The notes beneath the pieces are model-generated. The model was given only the letters and a program-made list of their open reading frames with translations, was not told the origin of the DNA and ran no database searches. This document shows, piece after piece, positions 12,270-26,360 of a stretch of 64,000 bases of DNA (its first letter is position 1; each line of letters opens with the position of its first letter). This stretch comes from Zootoca vivipara (Eukaryota): NCBI RefSeq assembly GCF_963506605.1, contig NC_083277.1:88226001-88290000 (forward strand), in the 5' to 3' direction. The position numbers and the translations under genes were made by a program.

Positions 12270-15105
12270 AAAAACCTGACCAGGCCAACTCAAGTCAAAG
12301 AGATGATAGAAAAACAGAATAGAGATGCTCAAACTTTGAAAACAAATGTTATGCTGTGCAGCAGCAGAAATGTACTCCTTGCTATGCTTTAAAAACTGCT
12401 CAGAGTCAGCTTAGAGACTACTTAGTTCCTTCTTCACATCACAGCTGAGTTACAATGGTACAATACCAATATTTCCTTCAGTAAACAAAGTGTGAAGGAT
12501 ATATGTCAGTAACACTTGAGGGTGTGTGCTGGGGACAGCTTTCTGATGCATGTCCAAAGAGTGCTTAGGACCATTTTGCCACCTAAAGTACTTAAGAGCT
12601 CTCCAAACTACAGGCACAGGTTTCAGTTCTGTAGCAAATGTTTTGTATCAAATCAGCTGGTGTTCTGTATACACTCTGCTTCAGATGGAACATACCCCCC
12701 CCCCACACACACATTTCTTATGAACTGCCATCAAACCAACACAGAAGGCTAAAGGCATGCTGACAGTTCTGCTCAAGAAGAATGCAAAAGCTACACAATT
12801 TGTATTCTGTGCACCACAAATTTTAAACACCCTACAGGTCACATAATTGTATTGCATTTTATACTTCAGCCTGCTACAGCATAATGCCACAACATTACAT
12901 AAGTTTGCATTTCATCCAGTGTGTTAGTACAATATAGTCAAATTTATTTTATCCAGAGTGGAAAACACAATGAACAGATTTCTATTCTGGATCTTCTCAA
13001 ATTACCCTATTCCTGTGCCTTAGCAACGATGCTTGATGATGGTCATTCCCTCAATGATTCCATAACCCAATAGACCTTAGTAGCTGCAATATTTATGCCT
13101 GCCAGTTGCCAGGTTTATGGGGCTTTATGTAATTCACCATGTCCATGGTCCACAGAATCCTACTATATACAGTATGTGCTGTGTGAAGTCAAGGTCCATA
13201 TGTTGAATTGGTGCTGGAGATGCTACCCCAAAGCTTTACTGATGCCAGATGCAGCGACCTCTTCCTTTGCCCATTTGTTTGTTTGTTTGTTGTTTGTTTA
13301 TGTTTATGCCCCTACAAGGGTCACCTCCTAACTTCCTGCAGATTTAGCCAAAGTAAAAACAGCCTCCTAAAAACAGCAGCCCTGTTTACTTGTATTCCCT
13401 TGATTATCATTGCAGTGGGTGGGTGGAGTGGGGACAAATTAATTACATATCCCTGTCACCATTCCTACAGTCCTTTTTGAGCTAGGAACTGACTGACTGA
13501 CTACAGCAGAAAGCCTATTTGACTCAAGTATGCTCTCTGCACGATGAACAAGCTTGGAAAGGTTCTTAGAACATGCAGGGAGATCTACTCAAGTAGTGCT
13601 TGACTGCAGTATTCAGCCCCTAGCATTGGAAGTGGGCAGCAAGAACGGTGACAGAAACATATCAGAGGGAGCAGGGTCAATGGACATGTCCCCGATTTCC
13701 CATCATGTGAGATGAGTCTCATGGGAGGAAGAAGGGAGACCTGGGCTAGTAGGTAAAGGGGATACCGCAAAATATCCCCTCTTCTCCCCTGTATTACAAG
13801 CACCGTGTTGCAAATCAGAACCTCCTAGTTGTATCCAGCATTCTCTGTACCAAACCATCTCTCTGTACTCCCTAACCGACAGTGTAATGGATATTAAAAG
13901 TGCTTTCAGAAGTGCCATTTACAATGCTGAAGCAGGGAAGAAAAGGACAGCAAACAGGAGAATGTTTTTTCCCTCCATGGCACAAGCTTTGGTTTATCTG
14001 AATAAAGGCCAGACAGACCAAAACGATCTCAAGGAGACCCCTTGATCATTGATATTTATTTATTGCCCAGCACGACAGCTGGAAATTAGATCTATGTAAT
14101 TACTATACTTTGTTAGCAACTTAAGCTAGAGCAGACAAGTCTCTTTAGCAGGCTTTCTGCAACTCCAGGCACAAACTTGGCAAAGGCGTAAGGGCCCAGT
14201 AAAAACTGATATGGTTCCCAGACTTGTCTCAGAGATGACAGGCTCAGAAATGAGGTGCCTCCTTAGAGATGGTTTATGCTGAGTCTGAAGCAACTTATCC
14301 TTCTGGCACATTTGACCAACTCATATGGCGTCTTTTGCACAACTGTAACTCCATGCAATATTCTGTAATGCTGAATTGCTTGGCAGTTCATACAGAAAAA
14401 GATTTGATCAGTGCTTTGTTTTTAACTCTTAGTGCCTGTTAAGCAGAAAACAAACCTACCCGGGTGTTCTTACTTCTTTCCTTCAAAAGTCTCTGTGTGG
14501 CTCACTCGTCAAACCCTTAAAAAAATAAATCACATCTTGACAGGATATCAATGTCTGTGATACTGAGGAGATGCTATGACAGACACTTTTCTTATCAATC
14601 CCGAATGAGGCCCTTAGCAGTAATCTAATATCCTATTTGCCTAGGTGAAAATGTGAGAATTAGCAGCAGCACTGCTTATGCAAACTTACTGTATCACAGC
14701 TCTCTCCCTGCCCTGCCACCCCTATCCTCCAGCACAGCCCAAGAGGTTGTCAAAGAAGCTACAAAATGGGATGAAAATGTAAAAACATTCCAGCAACTGA
14801 AAAACATGTTCTTGGTACTTAAGTCCCACTGTTGGGACTTAAGGTGGTTTTGTTTGTTTGTTTGCTCACCACATGGCTAATTAAATTCGACTAATGATAG
14901 GACATGTTAATACCAATCATATAATCAAGTACATGGAGACCAGATCACTTTATGAACAGTAGAATTGCTTCTCATGCCATTGAAATATCAAATGTACACC
15001 CATTGAGAATGAAGTATGACAGCTATATGAAGACACAACTACCAAGTTCACAAGTTGACCAGTAGTGTAAAACTTCTATAAGGATTATAGATTGTATGTC
15101 TTGAT

Positions 15106-15142
15106 GGGGTGGGGAGGGGAGGGGAGGGGAGGGGAGGGGAGG
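15106..15142 (+). repeat. (GGGGA)n tract, G-quadruplex-capable
   Basis: Seven GGGG runs with 1-nt spacers. Confidence 0.85.
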
Positions 15143-15234
15143 TTGAAGTTATTTTAAACTTCATTTTAACAAGTGTAGAAAATAGCCACATAGCAAATCT
15201 TATATAATAAACAGGATAACATTCTCATAATAAT

Positions 15235-15820
15235 TTGTTGTTGTTTAGTCGTGTCCGACTCTTCATGACCCCATGGACCAGAGCACGCCAGGCACTCCTG
15301 TCTTCCACTGCCTCCCGCAGTTTGGTCAAACTCATGTTGGTAGCTTCGAGAACACTGTCCAACCATCTCATCCTCTGTCATTCCTTTCTCCTTGTGCCCT
15401 CATTTTCCCTCAACATCAGGGTCTTTTCCAGAGAGTCATCTCTTCTCATGAGGTGGCCAAAGTATTGGAGCCTCAGTTTCAGGATCTGTCCTTCCAGTGA
15501 GCACTCAGGGCTGATTTCCTTAATAATGGATAAGTTTGATCTTCTTGCAGTCCATGGGACTCTCAAGAGCAGGCATCCCCAAACTGCGGCCCTCCAGATG
15601 TTTTGGCCTACAACTCCCATTATCTGTAGCTAACAGGACCAGTGGTTGGGGAAGATGGGAATTGTAGTCCAAAACATCTGGAGGGCCAAAGTTTGGGGAT
15701 GCCTGCTCAAGAGTCTCCTCCAGCACCATAATTCATCAGCATCAATTCTTCGGCGATCAGCCTTCTTTATGGTCCAGCTCTCACTTCCATACATCACTAC
15801 TGGGAAAACCATAGCTTTAC
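15235..15820 (-). mobile_element. BovB/RTE LINE 3' fragment interrupted by a hAT MITE
   Basis: VFPVVMYGSESWTIKKADRRRIDA, LRVPWTARRSN, LKLRLQYFGHLMRR; tail GACTAAACAACAAC. Confidence 0.9.
15570..15705. mobile_element. Palindromic hAT MITE
   Basis: TIR CAGGCATCCCCAAACT/AGTTTGGGGATGCCTG, 8-bp TSD CTCAAGAG; degenerate relatives near 17530, 38556 and 39955. Confidence 0.9.
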
Positions 15821-16659
15821 ATAAGAAGTGATTAGATTATTATATGATGGACTGTGAAGATACAGGTGCTCGTTTTGGAAGTGATTGGACAGGTGGCCAT
15901 AGCTAAACCACATTTTCTGGGGAGCACATTTGAAGAAATAGTTGAAACAAAGGTGACAATCGTTGCAGTTCTAAGGCTGATGGACTAAAAATTATGGTGC
16001 TGAGATAGATGAAGAGGTTTCAGCTATCTACTCTGAGGTCATTATTCCTCCTTAAGACAGCTTGGGTAGAGGATGGGCTCTACAAAGCTTGGTGCCCCTG
16101 GCAAGAGTCACTGTCTCAATCATGGCACTGCATACGTTCCGTGAATGTATTGGGGCAGTGGCAGAGCAACTGTGGTTGATGACAGCATCCATATGGGGCG
16201 GGGGCATGGGATGTGTTCCATGTGCGTTTGTTTATCAGGTTGTGCTGTGTTGCGCTGTTAGTATATGTGGCTATGCAATTGGCAGAGCATGTGGTTTATT
16301 CGTCCTGGGTGTGCTGATTGGCTGTCACAGTGAGCATTACTAGGGATGCACTGTACACTGTGTTCCCTGTTTGCTTGTATTCCTGTACTGGTGAGTATGA
16401 GCTGCTTTTCCCAAAAAGTGCTTGGGAACTCTCCTCTGGGTAGCAACTGGTGGGCCCTGTTTCCATGGCAATGTCAGCTCTCTGTGTACTGATGGCTTCT
16501 TTTCACTCCACTCAGCCAACATTTGCCCCTTAAAGGGATTCACTGGATCATGAACTAAACTAGTCTAAATTATGCTGGCTTCCCCTAGGATTGTGCTGTT
16601 AATCCTCTGTCCTAATACCTCAATCAATTATATAAGTAATCTATAATTTGAAAGCAATC

Positions 16660-17080
16660 AAACAACCCTGATCTAAACAGGGTTTTTAACTTTTTACTTT
16701 ACAGAACAAGAACTCTTGAAAATAAGACAACATTTTAGATTCACAATAAATCAGTGAAATACTTAGGAATTTTTTTCCTGAAGAGTAAATGAACAGTGAC
16801 AGGCACTAAAATATAATACTTTGGGAAAGGAGATAAAGAAAGATGTGAAGAAATGAGAGTATCTTAAATTATCCTTCTCGAGAAGAATTGCAGCAATAAA
16901 AATGAATGTACTTCCAAAGATAAACATATTTTCATAACAAAAATAAAATGAAATTATGGCAATAGATCATTGATTATCTTGTATGTGGGGGGAAACAGAA
17001 TATTTTTTAAAAAAACATTATGTATTAGTAGGAAGGAAGAGAGTCTTTCCTTACCAGATTAGAAGACTTAATTGTATAAG
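16660..17080 (+). mobile_element. Degraded L1 ORF2 fragment
   Basis: Similar to the 19400 element (aaatacttaggaat 'KYLG', gcaataaaaatgaatgtacttcc 'AIKMNVLP'); many indels. Confidence 0.5.
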
Positions 17081-17132
17081 CTAATTGTATAAAATGAATT
17101 GCAGACTAGTATATTGAGAATATATATATATT

Positions 17133-17490
17133 GCGACGCGGGTAGCGCTGTGGTTTAAACCACTGTGCCGCTTGGACTTGCCGATCGGAAGGTTGGCGGT
17201 TCGAGGCCCTGTGACAGGGTGAGCTCCTGTTGCTTGGTCCCAGCTCCTGCCAACCTAGCAGTTCAAAAGCACACCAAAGTGCAAGTAGATAAATAGGTAA
17301 ACGGTAAAGCGTTTCCGTGCGCTGCTCTGGTTTCACCAGAAGCAGCTTAGTCATGCTGGCCACATGACCCAGAAAAACTGTCTGTGGACAAACGCCAGCT
17401 CCCTCGGCCTGTAAAGCGAGATGAGCGTCGCAACCCCAGAGTTGTTTGCGACTAGACTTAACTGATAGGGTTCCCTTTACCTTTACTTTT
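17133..17490 (+). mobile_element. Sauria SINE
   Basis: tRNA-like head with A/B boxes, (ACCTTT) tail, 13-bp direct repeats TATATTGAGAATA at 17110-17122 and 17491-17503. Confidence 0.88.
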
Positions 17491-18129
17491 TATATTGAGA
17501 ATAAAGTTTTTGTTTAGGAGAGTTTTTGTTCTAGATCCTCCAGCACAGTGGTGAAAACTGTGGTTCTCTAGACTCTCCCATCTTCTGAGGAGGGACTGAT
17601 GGAAGTTGAAGTCCAACCGCATATGGAGGCCACAGCTTCCTATCCCTATCATACAGGAAAATATATTTTTAGTTAGGGTAACTGTGATGGCAGCATGGCC
17701 AGGCAACTGCTAGTTACCCAGCACCACCTCCTCACTGCTTTCTCCATTGTCACACTTCTGCTCCAACTATGCTGCCATCATCTTCTCCTCTTCCCCTTTC
17801 CAGAAATATATGGAGAGGTCCCACTCATGCATCTGCCCACTGGGACTGGCTACACTAAATGCCCTACTTCTGCTACAGGGGACAACTAACAGTGCATTGT
17901 CATAAGAATAGCCCTGCTGGACCAGGCCAGTAGCCCATCTAGTCCAGCATCCTGTTCTCAAAGTCACCACTCAGACGGTGAAATTCATAAATCCGAATTT
18001 ACAAACCCAAATAAAACACCCAGTCCTCGACCCCCTCCCCGCTTTCTTCAGTTACTTACTGTATGTTATAACTTTCCTCACTGCACATCCAGTTCCTCAC
18101 TGCACATCCACTGCACATCTATCTACTAG

Positions 18130-18565
18130 TCCACATATCACCAGTCTTGAAAGACCTACATTGGCTCCCAGTATGTTTCTGGGCACAATTCAAAGTGTTG
18201 GTGCTGACCTTTAAAGCCCTAAACAGCCTTGGCCCAGTATACCTGAAGGAGCGTCTCCACCCCCATCGTTCTGCCTGGACACTGAGGTCCAGCGCTGAGG
18301 GCCTTCTGGCGGTTCCCTCGCTGCAAGAAGCCAAGTTACAGGGAAGCAGGCAGAGGGTCTTCTTAGTAGTGGCACCCGCCCTGTGGAATGCCCTCCCACC
18401 AGATGTCAAAGAGAACATCAACAACCAGACTTTTAAAAGACATCTGAAGGCAGCCCTGTTTAGGGAAGCTTTTAATGTTTGACAGACTATTGTATTTTAA
18501 TATTTTGTTGGAAGCCGCCCAGAGTGGCTGGGTAAACCCAGCCAGATGGGCAGGGTATAAATAAT
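18130..18565 (+). mobile_element. L2-type LINE 3' end
   Basis: HISPVLKDLHWLPV...FKRHLKAALFREAF* then conserved tail ...gggcagggtataaataataa followed by (GTT)n. Confidence 0.8.
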
Positions 18566-19024
18566 AAGTTGTTGTTGTTGTTGTTGTTGTTGTCATCGTT
18601 GTCATCCCTGACATTCTATTTGAGTTATTTTCACTGCACATTTTTATATCAGTCATGCTAGTGATTTAAGTTGTTTACAATAGTTCTTCAAATAATCAAT
18701 ACATTTCCCCCATTCTATAATAAAACATTTCTCTTCTTGATTTCTTAACCTTCTGGTAATGTCTTGCCATTTCCTAATGCTAACATACGATTGTGGCTGA
18801 GGCTAAGGAAGAGTAACTGAGCATCTCATATTACTGTAGTGGGTGCAGGGATCATCTCTGCAAAAGCTCTAGAGGAATGTCCTTTGAGCTTCATAACCTT
18901 TGTACAATTCGCCTGGTGGATGTGGATGTTCAGTAGTAGTAGGGTAAATCTTTGCTTGAAAGTCAGTAAGCTTGTAGAGCCCTCCAGACCACTAGTTTTG
19001 TAGTAATAATTTTGCATATATGTG

Positions 19025-19088
<64 letters not shown>
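19025..19088 (+). repeat. Compound microsatellite (CA)n(GA)n
   Basis: Read directly. Confidence 0.95.
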
Positions 19089-19092
<4 letters not shown>

Positions 19093-19399
19093 GAGGTTGA
19101 AAACTGTTGTACTAATTGAGCATTTAAATATAGTGGGAATCTCTGGCAAGATGCAAGAAGGTGTTCATCCTTTCCAGCATGGAAGCATCCAAGCTCTGTT
19201 TCTTCAAAGTACACATACCACTTTCCCCATTATTATTAGAAGCTGATAGGCAAGTGTATTCAGGGGTCCTGTGTGAAACCCCTGCATTCTCAGAAATATG
19301 CTCCCCGTCAAATCAAGTGCTCTTCTCTGTGTTTTGAATCTTCCCAGACTACAAAGGTGTGCCCACATGGAGATTATAGGAAAAGAAGGAATTTACTAG

Positions 19400-21230
19400 A
19401 AAGAATAACATGGTCTGAATTTTGCTAAGAAAGTGAAATATCTAGCTGTGAATCTGACTGCAAAAAATTGAATTTGTATGAGGATAATTATGAGAAATTA
19501 TGGAATGAAATTAATAGAGATTTAGAAATATGGTCTAATCTGAAATTATCTTTGTTAGGCCGAATCGCTGCTGTGAAAATGAATATGCTGCCTAAAATAT
19601 TGTTTTTATTTCATATGATTCCTATCATCAACAATGTGAAATGCTTCAAAGAATGCCAAAAAATATTATCTAAGTTTATTTGGCAGGGGAAGAAACCCAG
19701 GATTAGTTTAAATTGTTAACAGATGTAAAAGAAAGAGGTAGCTTCGCCCTGCCAGATTTAAAACTTTAATTTGAAGCAGCAACATTTTGTTGGTGTATTA
19801 GATTTAGAAGGATTTGATAATGTATTTGGTTGGCATGCATATTTATGGTATGACAAGATCAAGGCTCACAAAGGTTTAAAAAATCATATAATTAGAAAGA
19901 TATTGTTCAATGTTTGGATAAGATATAAAGATTTGCTAGAAAGAAAAACACCTAGATGGATCTCACCATTAGAGGCGAAGGCTAATAAAAAAGTAAATAT
20001 GGGTGTTAAATGGTTAAAATACAGTGATTTGTTGGTTGAAGAGGAAAATAAATTCAGGTTGAAATCCTATGAACATCTTAAAGAAAAGTTAAATGATTGG
20101 TTACAATATCACCATATTAATGATATGTTCAGGATTGATAATAAGAACTGTGGTTTTCAAAGTCAGTAATCTAAGCTGGAAACAGAGTTGATAGATGTAA
20201 AGATGAAAAATTTATCCAGAATGTATAATTTGTTGCTGGAGTGGCATACGAAAGATGAACAAGTTAAATCAGTGATGATTGATTGGGCTAAAGATGTGGG
20301 GCATAATATGTTGAATGATTGGGAGAAATTGTGGGAAAAGACCCTTAAATTTACGGCATGTACTACTTTTAAAAGAAAACATAATGAAAATGATGTATAG
20401 ATGGTTTTTAACACCTGTTAAATTATCAAAGATGTACCGCATTGCTGATAATAAGTGTTGGAAATGTAAAGATAAAGAAGGGACCTTTTACCACATGTGG
20501 TGGACATACCCCAAAGTAAAAGACTTCTGGGAAAAGATTTATAATGAAATGAAAAAAGTGTTGAAAAAAACCTTTACTAAAAAGCCAGACACCTTCTTAC
20601 TCGGAATAGTAGGGGGAGAAATCCCCAAGAGAGACATTGCATTCTTTTTGTATGATACAACAGCTGCTAGAATATTACTCGCCAAGAATTGGAAGACATC
20701 AGAGATACCTACAATAGATGAATGGCAAATGAAGATGTTGGACTTTATGGAACTCGCTGAAATGACTGGGAGACTACGTGACCAGAAGGAAGAGACGGTG
20801 GATGAAGATTGGGAAAAATTTAAAATATATTTGAAAAAATATTGCAAGATTTAGAAAAGTATTTCCTTTGTGGAGATTATATAGGCTATATGCATCAAAA
20901 TAAGATTTGAAGTAGTGTTAGCAAATGTAGAATTAAGTAATTGGTTAATAGAGTAAAGAATAATTAAATTAAGATTTGGTTTTTAGATGATGGAAAATAA
21001 ACTGCTAAAGATGTATTACAATGAAATTCAGAAAGAAGGGAATGAGGGAAGTCATTTGAAGATGTGAATGAAAATAAGGTTTATATAAGAAATATTTTTA
21101 TGTATTTTTGTTTTTTAGTTTTATTTTTTATTAGTTTGTTGTATTTTGTTCATTTATTGTTTGTTAGAAATGTTATTTGTTTGTTGCTGTTTCTTATAAA
21201 ATGAATATATTTTTTTTAAAAAAAGAAAGA
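19400..21230 (+). mobile_element. 5'-truncated, disrupted L1/Tx1-clade LINE (ORF2 C-terminus, 3'UTR, A-tail)
   Basis: ORF pieces LSLLGRIAAVKMNMLPK, FIWQGKKPRI and zinc-knuckle-like CWKCKDKEGTFYHMWW; T-rich 3'UTR and A-rich end. Confidence 0.85.
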
Positions 21231-21265
21231 ATAATATGATTTTAACAATAAAGCTTAACAGTATA

Positions 21266-21479
21266 CAGTGGTACCTCGGGTTACAGACGCTTCAGTTTAC
21301 AGACGCTTTAGGTTACAGACTCTGCTAACCCAGAAATAGTACCTTGGGTTAAGAACTTTGCTTCAGGATAAGAACAGCGGGAGGCCCCATTAGCTAAAGT
21401 GGTACCTCAGGTTAAGAACAGTTTCAGGTTAAGAACGGACCTCCAGAACGAATGAAGTTCTTAACCCGAGGTACCACTG
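21266..21479. mobile_element. Tc1/mariner (Tigger-like) MITE
   Basis: TA|CAGTGGTACCTCGGGTTA ... TAACCCGAGGTACCACTG|TA. Confidence 0.9.
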
Positions 21480-22100
21480 TACATTTATATTACTAGGAAT
21501 ACATAAAGCAATATTCTAGCACTGCATCTAACTTAGAAATGCATCTAGCATCTAGCAATGCATCTAACTTAGAAAAAAGGGGAGAAACAGTTGCAAAATT
21601 TACCTATCCTAGCACTCAGTAAAGCACTCCTGAAACTGTATGGGTGTGGGTGTGTTGGGTGATAGAATACCTGGGACCAGGCATTGAGCTCAGGAGTCTA
21701 CCAAAGTGATTTCAGATGTAATAACACTTGTAATGTGGAACTATTTATGATAATTAATCCTATGAGCCCAAGAGTAGACGTATGGGAAAGGTATTACACA
21801 GGAAACAAAACCAGAAATGTAAGGGTCATAGGTTCAGGATATTCTGCAAAAGCAGGAAGAACTCATCAGAAGGGTCAACTGAATCATAAGGTATGGAAGC
21901 TCTGATAGAGAGTGTCCGAGGCTGATGGTTTGTTTTACAATATATCTTCAAGCTAATTATGACTTGCATGCTGTGTTATCAAGACGGCAGCCTGGGCTCC
22001 TGACAACACCTACTGGAGCCTATGTGATTGGTTGCAAATGTGAGTGGTTTGGTGGTGAGCTGGTGAGAGGCCAACTCTAGTGGCAGAAAACGACATTGGG

Positions 22101-22454
22101 TTGTATCCTTATCCCAGGAAAAGTGGGTGGGTAGGAGACTAGCACCCCTCACCACTCGTCAAAGTAAAGTAAACCCAGTAAAGGTGTTGAGGGGAAGCTT
22201 TCTGACTGAATGCCCAGACGGGGGCTAATTTGATGCACATCATAGGGTGATCCTTAAATCCAGGATTGAGTCTAAAAGCTTAAATAACCAGCAAATGGAC
22301 AGGTTAATTCAAGATCCATGCCCAATGCCTATGCCAAAGCCTACTGACATCTGTAATCAGTAAAGTTGTTCCCATTTTGATCCCAAGGCACTGTGTTGTA
22401 TTCATTTCTACCTATCACATCTGTGACCTTGGGCTTACTGCGCCTGGCCCACAA
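22101..22454 (+). mobile_element. Degenerate member of the same repeat family (copy B; 5' limit uncertain)
   Basis: GGG|TTGT...CACAA; CCAATGCCTATGCCAA 22322-22337; AGTAAAGTTGTTCCC 22359-22373. Confidence 0.5.
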
Positions 22455-22999
22455 TATAAAAATCAACAGTGTGACACTTTATGATCAGAATAGATCCTAT
22501 GAATCCATCATAAATGTTTGCACAACAATTGTGCATTCTGCTGACTACATCCTCCATTTGGTTGCATAATTAGCATGGAGCTGATGCATAAGCATTCCAT
22601 GGCATTGTGCATACAGCCCAAGATGGTAACACATTAACATAAAACTGGAGCACACATGTCCACATGGATACTCCCTAAAGACTTGCACTAATTGCATATG
22701 CAAGGGGATAATGTAAAGTTTCTGAATAGGGTAACAGTTATGTGCCACCTGTATTGTGGTGCTGAATAAATGGGAGAAGGCATGCACGTATTTCCTTCTT
22801 TGAGCTTTAACATGTTTGCATTTGGAAATACTGTTGAAGAAAGATGAGAAGGAAGAGTAGTAGGAGTCAACATAATCTTCATTGCTAACTGAACTGTGAT
22901 GTGTCTCCCTTTAATAAGCTTTTAGGATGTGATAAATGTTCATCAGTTGAGCTTCTTAACATGAATATTTGATCTATTTACTCCAGCGATTGCCAAGAA

Positions 23000-25500
23000 T
23001 GTGTGGAAATAAATAGGAGAGAAGCAATCTCTCCTATTAGTTGTTTGCAGGGTCACATGGAATACTTGATTTGAGAAATGACAACCAGGATAGTTCTCTT
23101 AATCATAGCTGATCTCCTGAATCCCCAATCCTCAAGTTTATAATCTGTTTATGGGTGCATCTTCTTAGTTTTTAAAACTCTGTGCTTCAAGGCCTTCTAG
23201 ATGGCCCCTAGTTAAGGAACAATTCTATGCCTTGTGCCATTTTCAGCAAACCCCACTATGGTCTCAATAGTGGCCTTGAGGCCCATTACCTCCTTACGGA
23301 GCGAAACCATACTTCCAAAAATTCCTTCAAGCATGTGTTGAGATAGAAAACAATGATTCCGTGGAGCCTCCCACAGTTCAGGGCCCCCACTCTCATCTGC
23401 TCACTGAGTTTCTGTGCCAGAAGTCTCTTTGCCTATAGCTAGCGTAGTTTTAGCCTGGGGGATTGGTATTGTGCAGGGTCTGGGTTCATGGACCAATTAA
23501 TCATTTCATCAGCAGTGGCAGCATCATACTGTCCCCCGCAGTATGGTGATCCATACTGAAACCAGAGCTGTCAGAACTATTGAGGGAACCCACATATCAA
23601 TCTAGCAGTGGCTGATTTACATCCAGGTGCCTCGTGTTTGCAGTTCCATTCCTGGTTAGTAAGTTGTTACCTGTCCCATAAATGGCCGATATAGATTTCT
23701 GCTGCTGACAGTGTCCTGTTTTTTTTAAATAGCTTTTTATGAACTGTAAGGATGGGGAGTGAAAAGTTCTTATTTTGGCCGACTTTCTTCAAAGTTAGTT
23801 GATGGACTAGCAGGCGCTGGCTGATCTCCCAGATGCTGAGTCATTCCAGCAACTCCAATGTGGTAAATAAATAAAAAATGGAAGATGGGGCATCATTACA
23901 GATAAAAGAAGAGTATGCTTCCCTCAACTTTCAACATTCACATGGCTCACTAGATAGACTTGTTCTGGGCAAAAGATGACCAATAAGCAATGTGATTTTA
24001 ATTCTGAGATGTTCTTTCAAGGGATTAGGGACTAATTCAAGAAGCCACTCAAAGCCTTAAGTCAGTCTGTCACACCTTTTTCTCACTCTGCTTTTTTACC
24101 TCAATTTCAACACATTCTTGGAAGACTACAGTAGCTGCCTTTGATCTTTTAGATTTTGTAAGTTTAATTGTTCTGGAACCTTGGCCTGTAGCTATCCACT
24201 ACTTATTCAGAAATAGCCCCTAAGTCATGTCCTGCAGGTTTTTATATTATGGGTTGCTACATGCTACAGTTCTCTCAGCTATGCTCAGGGTCACCCAGCA
24301 CTCCTAGAAATGACATCAATCTCAAGCTACTTGCTGGGCTGATGGATGGAGCTGTGCCAAAGTATCGAAGGATGCCAGACCATGCAGTCAATCTAGTAGA
24401 AAATCTCATGGGGATTTCATCAGAACACAACAGCTGTATATCTGTACAATCTTTATATACAAGGGTCATTTTACATTCCCTACTCTGGAAGGAGTTAACC
24501 TCATTTTGGATTCATATATTGCTTTCAGCTCTTTAACATACAATGATTTGGAGTAGGATTCATAGGTTCTTATATATTCATAGATTTAAACATAAAGATG
24601 ATGCCCTGGTGTCTGGAATAAAAGTATTTTCTGTCTCATTTATAAAGGACAATAATGGAAGCCAAGTCTCACCAAAAGTGTCTATTCATGAAGTGCCTTT
24701 AAATACCCTTCAGTGGTGAGGAAGGCGTTCTGATAGGACCACATTCCAAAGATTATTAATCAAGATTTCAATGGAGATTTTTCTAGGTTGCTTCCAGAAT
24801 CGGGCTATTGTTATTTGGGCTGTTGATAATAATAATAAAATACTAAATCTCTGCATTTAAGGTTATTGTTTAAATTTGAGACTAATGATAACGCAAGAGC
24901 CGAAGTGGGTGGAAGGGATTGCTGCATCCTTTTGGAAATCATGTGAAACACCTTTTCCCAAAAGGAGTATACCATCGTGCAACTCTAGCATGCATGAAAA
25001 TATGAGCATATCTCCCCACAGCCTTTCCAGCATAGGGAAGAGATGCTAGTACTTATTTGGGCTAGACGTAATGGAGTCCAGTGCCAGCAAAATATAATTT
25101 TAAGAGAAGCCTGCGTATTATTCTAGAACAGGCATAGGCAACCTTGGCTCTACAACTCCCTGAGCTCCACAAATAGTATTAGCTTTTATTACCATTTTTT
25201 AAGCAGAGATGAAAAGATATGGGTGGGCAAAACCTGAAAAAAAGAGAGAAAACTTTGGAAGAATAGACATTTTAACCACGGCTATCCTTCCAAGCCAACT
25301 GAGATTTAAATGTTTCCATTGCACCAATTCTTGGGAAATATCTCTGAGCAGGTTTTTATAGTTTTAGCGCCTAAGCTGCTTTAGATCTGATGTTAAATTG
25401 ATACCAAGATAACTAAAGCCACCATGAGCAATGCTAAATTCTGCTTGTGATATTAGTTGCTCACGAGTAATTGTGGGTAGGTTAATTGGAAGAATGGCTG
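23000..25500 (-). mobile_element. Old degraded L1-like LINE remnants
   Basis: Minus-strand FSYLGINLTSDLKQL (25364-25558 ORF) and scattered RT/EN-like fragments; boundaries uncertain. Confidence 0.4.
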
Positions 25501-26107
25501 AAACTACTTTATTTTGTACACAGCTGTGTGATGCTTGACCACACACACACAAATTCACAGGTATGCTTCTTATAATGTTTGGTGAAACTTAACATGTAAC
25601 CCCCCCCCCCAAATGGCCTCGTTACATGTTAACATGTTACTAGAGTTCACCAGATGTACATACTTTGGATGTACGTTTATAGCTTTGTGCTAAGCTTCAT
25701 ATATGCAAAAATATGCAGCCTCTGGTGTATTAAATGCACATCCAAAGGCACCTTAAGCAACTCTATGTCCAAGTGACCACATCAATCAATCTTAAGATGG
25801 CAACTCTTTCTTATGCCAAGAACAGCAATTCCAAAAATTCTTATAATAACAATATAATCTTAATTAGTTTGGAGGATTAGAATTAAATTTGCAAATACTT
25901 GTTTATAAGCACTTCACAATAGGAAACATTATCAATCCCATTTTCTTCTCTTCCCACCCACCTATCCAAAGCAGAACAGTGAGATATGAAAGCAATGCTC
26001 AGGAGGTCATTCAGCAATGACAACACCAGCAATAGCACTCAAGAGGCCCTTGTGCCATACTCTGGCTTTCTTGAATAGCCCAGATTCTCTCCTTTAAGAC
26101 CGTTGTG

Positions 26108-26315
26108 AAATTATTTATAGGGCATTTACTCACATAGTCTGTAGGACATCAAATATTTCTAATTATATCCAGTCATGTCAAATGACAATTATGCCTTAGC
26201 CAACTTTGCCAAACAATGCTTTACAGGGAAAGGTTAGCCAAAATGCCTTGAGTGAAGAATGGCTTGGGGGTGGGAGGACAGGGGCTGGTACTTGTGCTCA
26301 TCCGAGAGTATAAAA
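26108..26315 (+). promoter_or_regulatory. Proximal promoter of the complete MYH gene
   Basis: MEF2 consensus TTATTTATAG 26111-26120, AT-rich box ATATTTCTAATTATATCC 26153-26170, CAACTTTGCCAA 26201-26212, TATAAAA 26309-26315. This arrangement matches fast MYH promoters and is repeated at 59090-59279. Confidence 0.8.
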
Positions 26316-26337
26316 GTGTCTTGGTCCAATTTGTGTT

Positions 26338-26360
26338 GTCCTTCCACAGATAGTTAATAG
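26338..26360 (+). other. MYH non-coding exon 1 (start approximate)
   Basis: About 30 nt after the TATA box; ends TAG|GTAAGT (consensus donor at 26361). Confidence 0.7.

Noticed and set aside
17133-17215. tRNA gene
   Set aside because: The A/B boxes are the tRNA-derived head of a Sauria SINE; no complete cloverleaf (same for 33530-33601 and 60410-60450)
1-26000. Many 60-140 aa ORFs in the upstream region
   Set aside because: No recognisable domains or exon structure; those with real homology belong to BovB, L1 or L2 remnants
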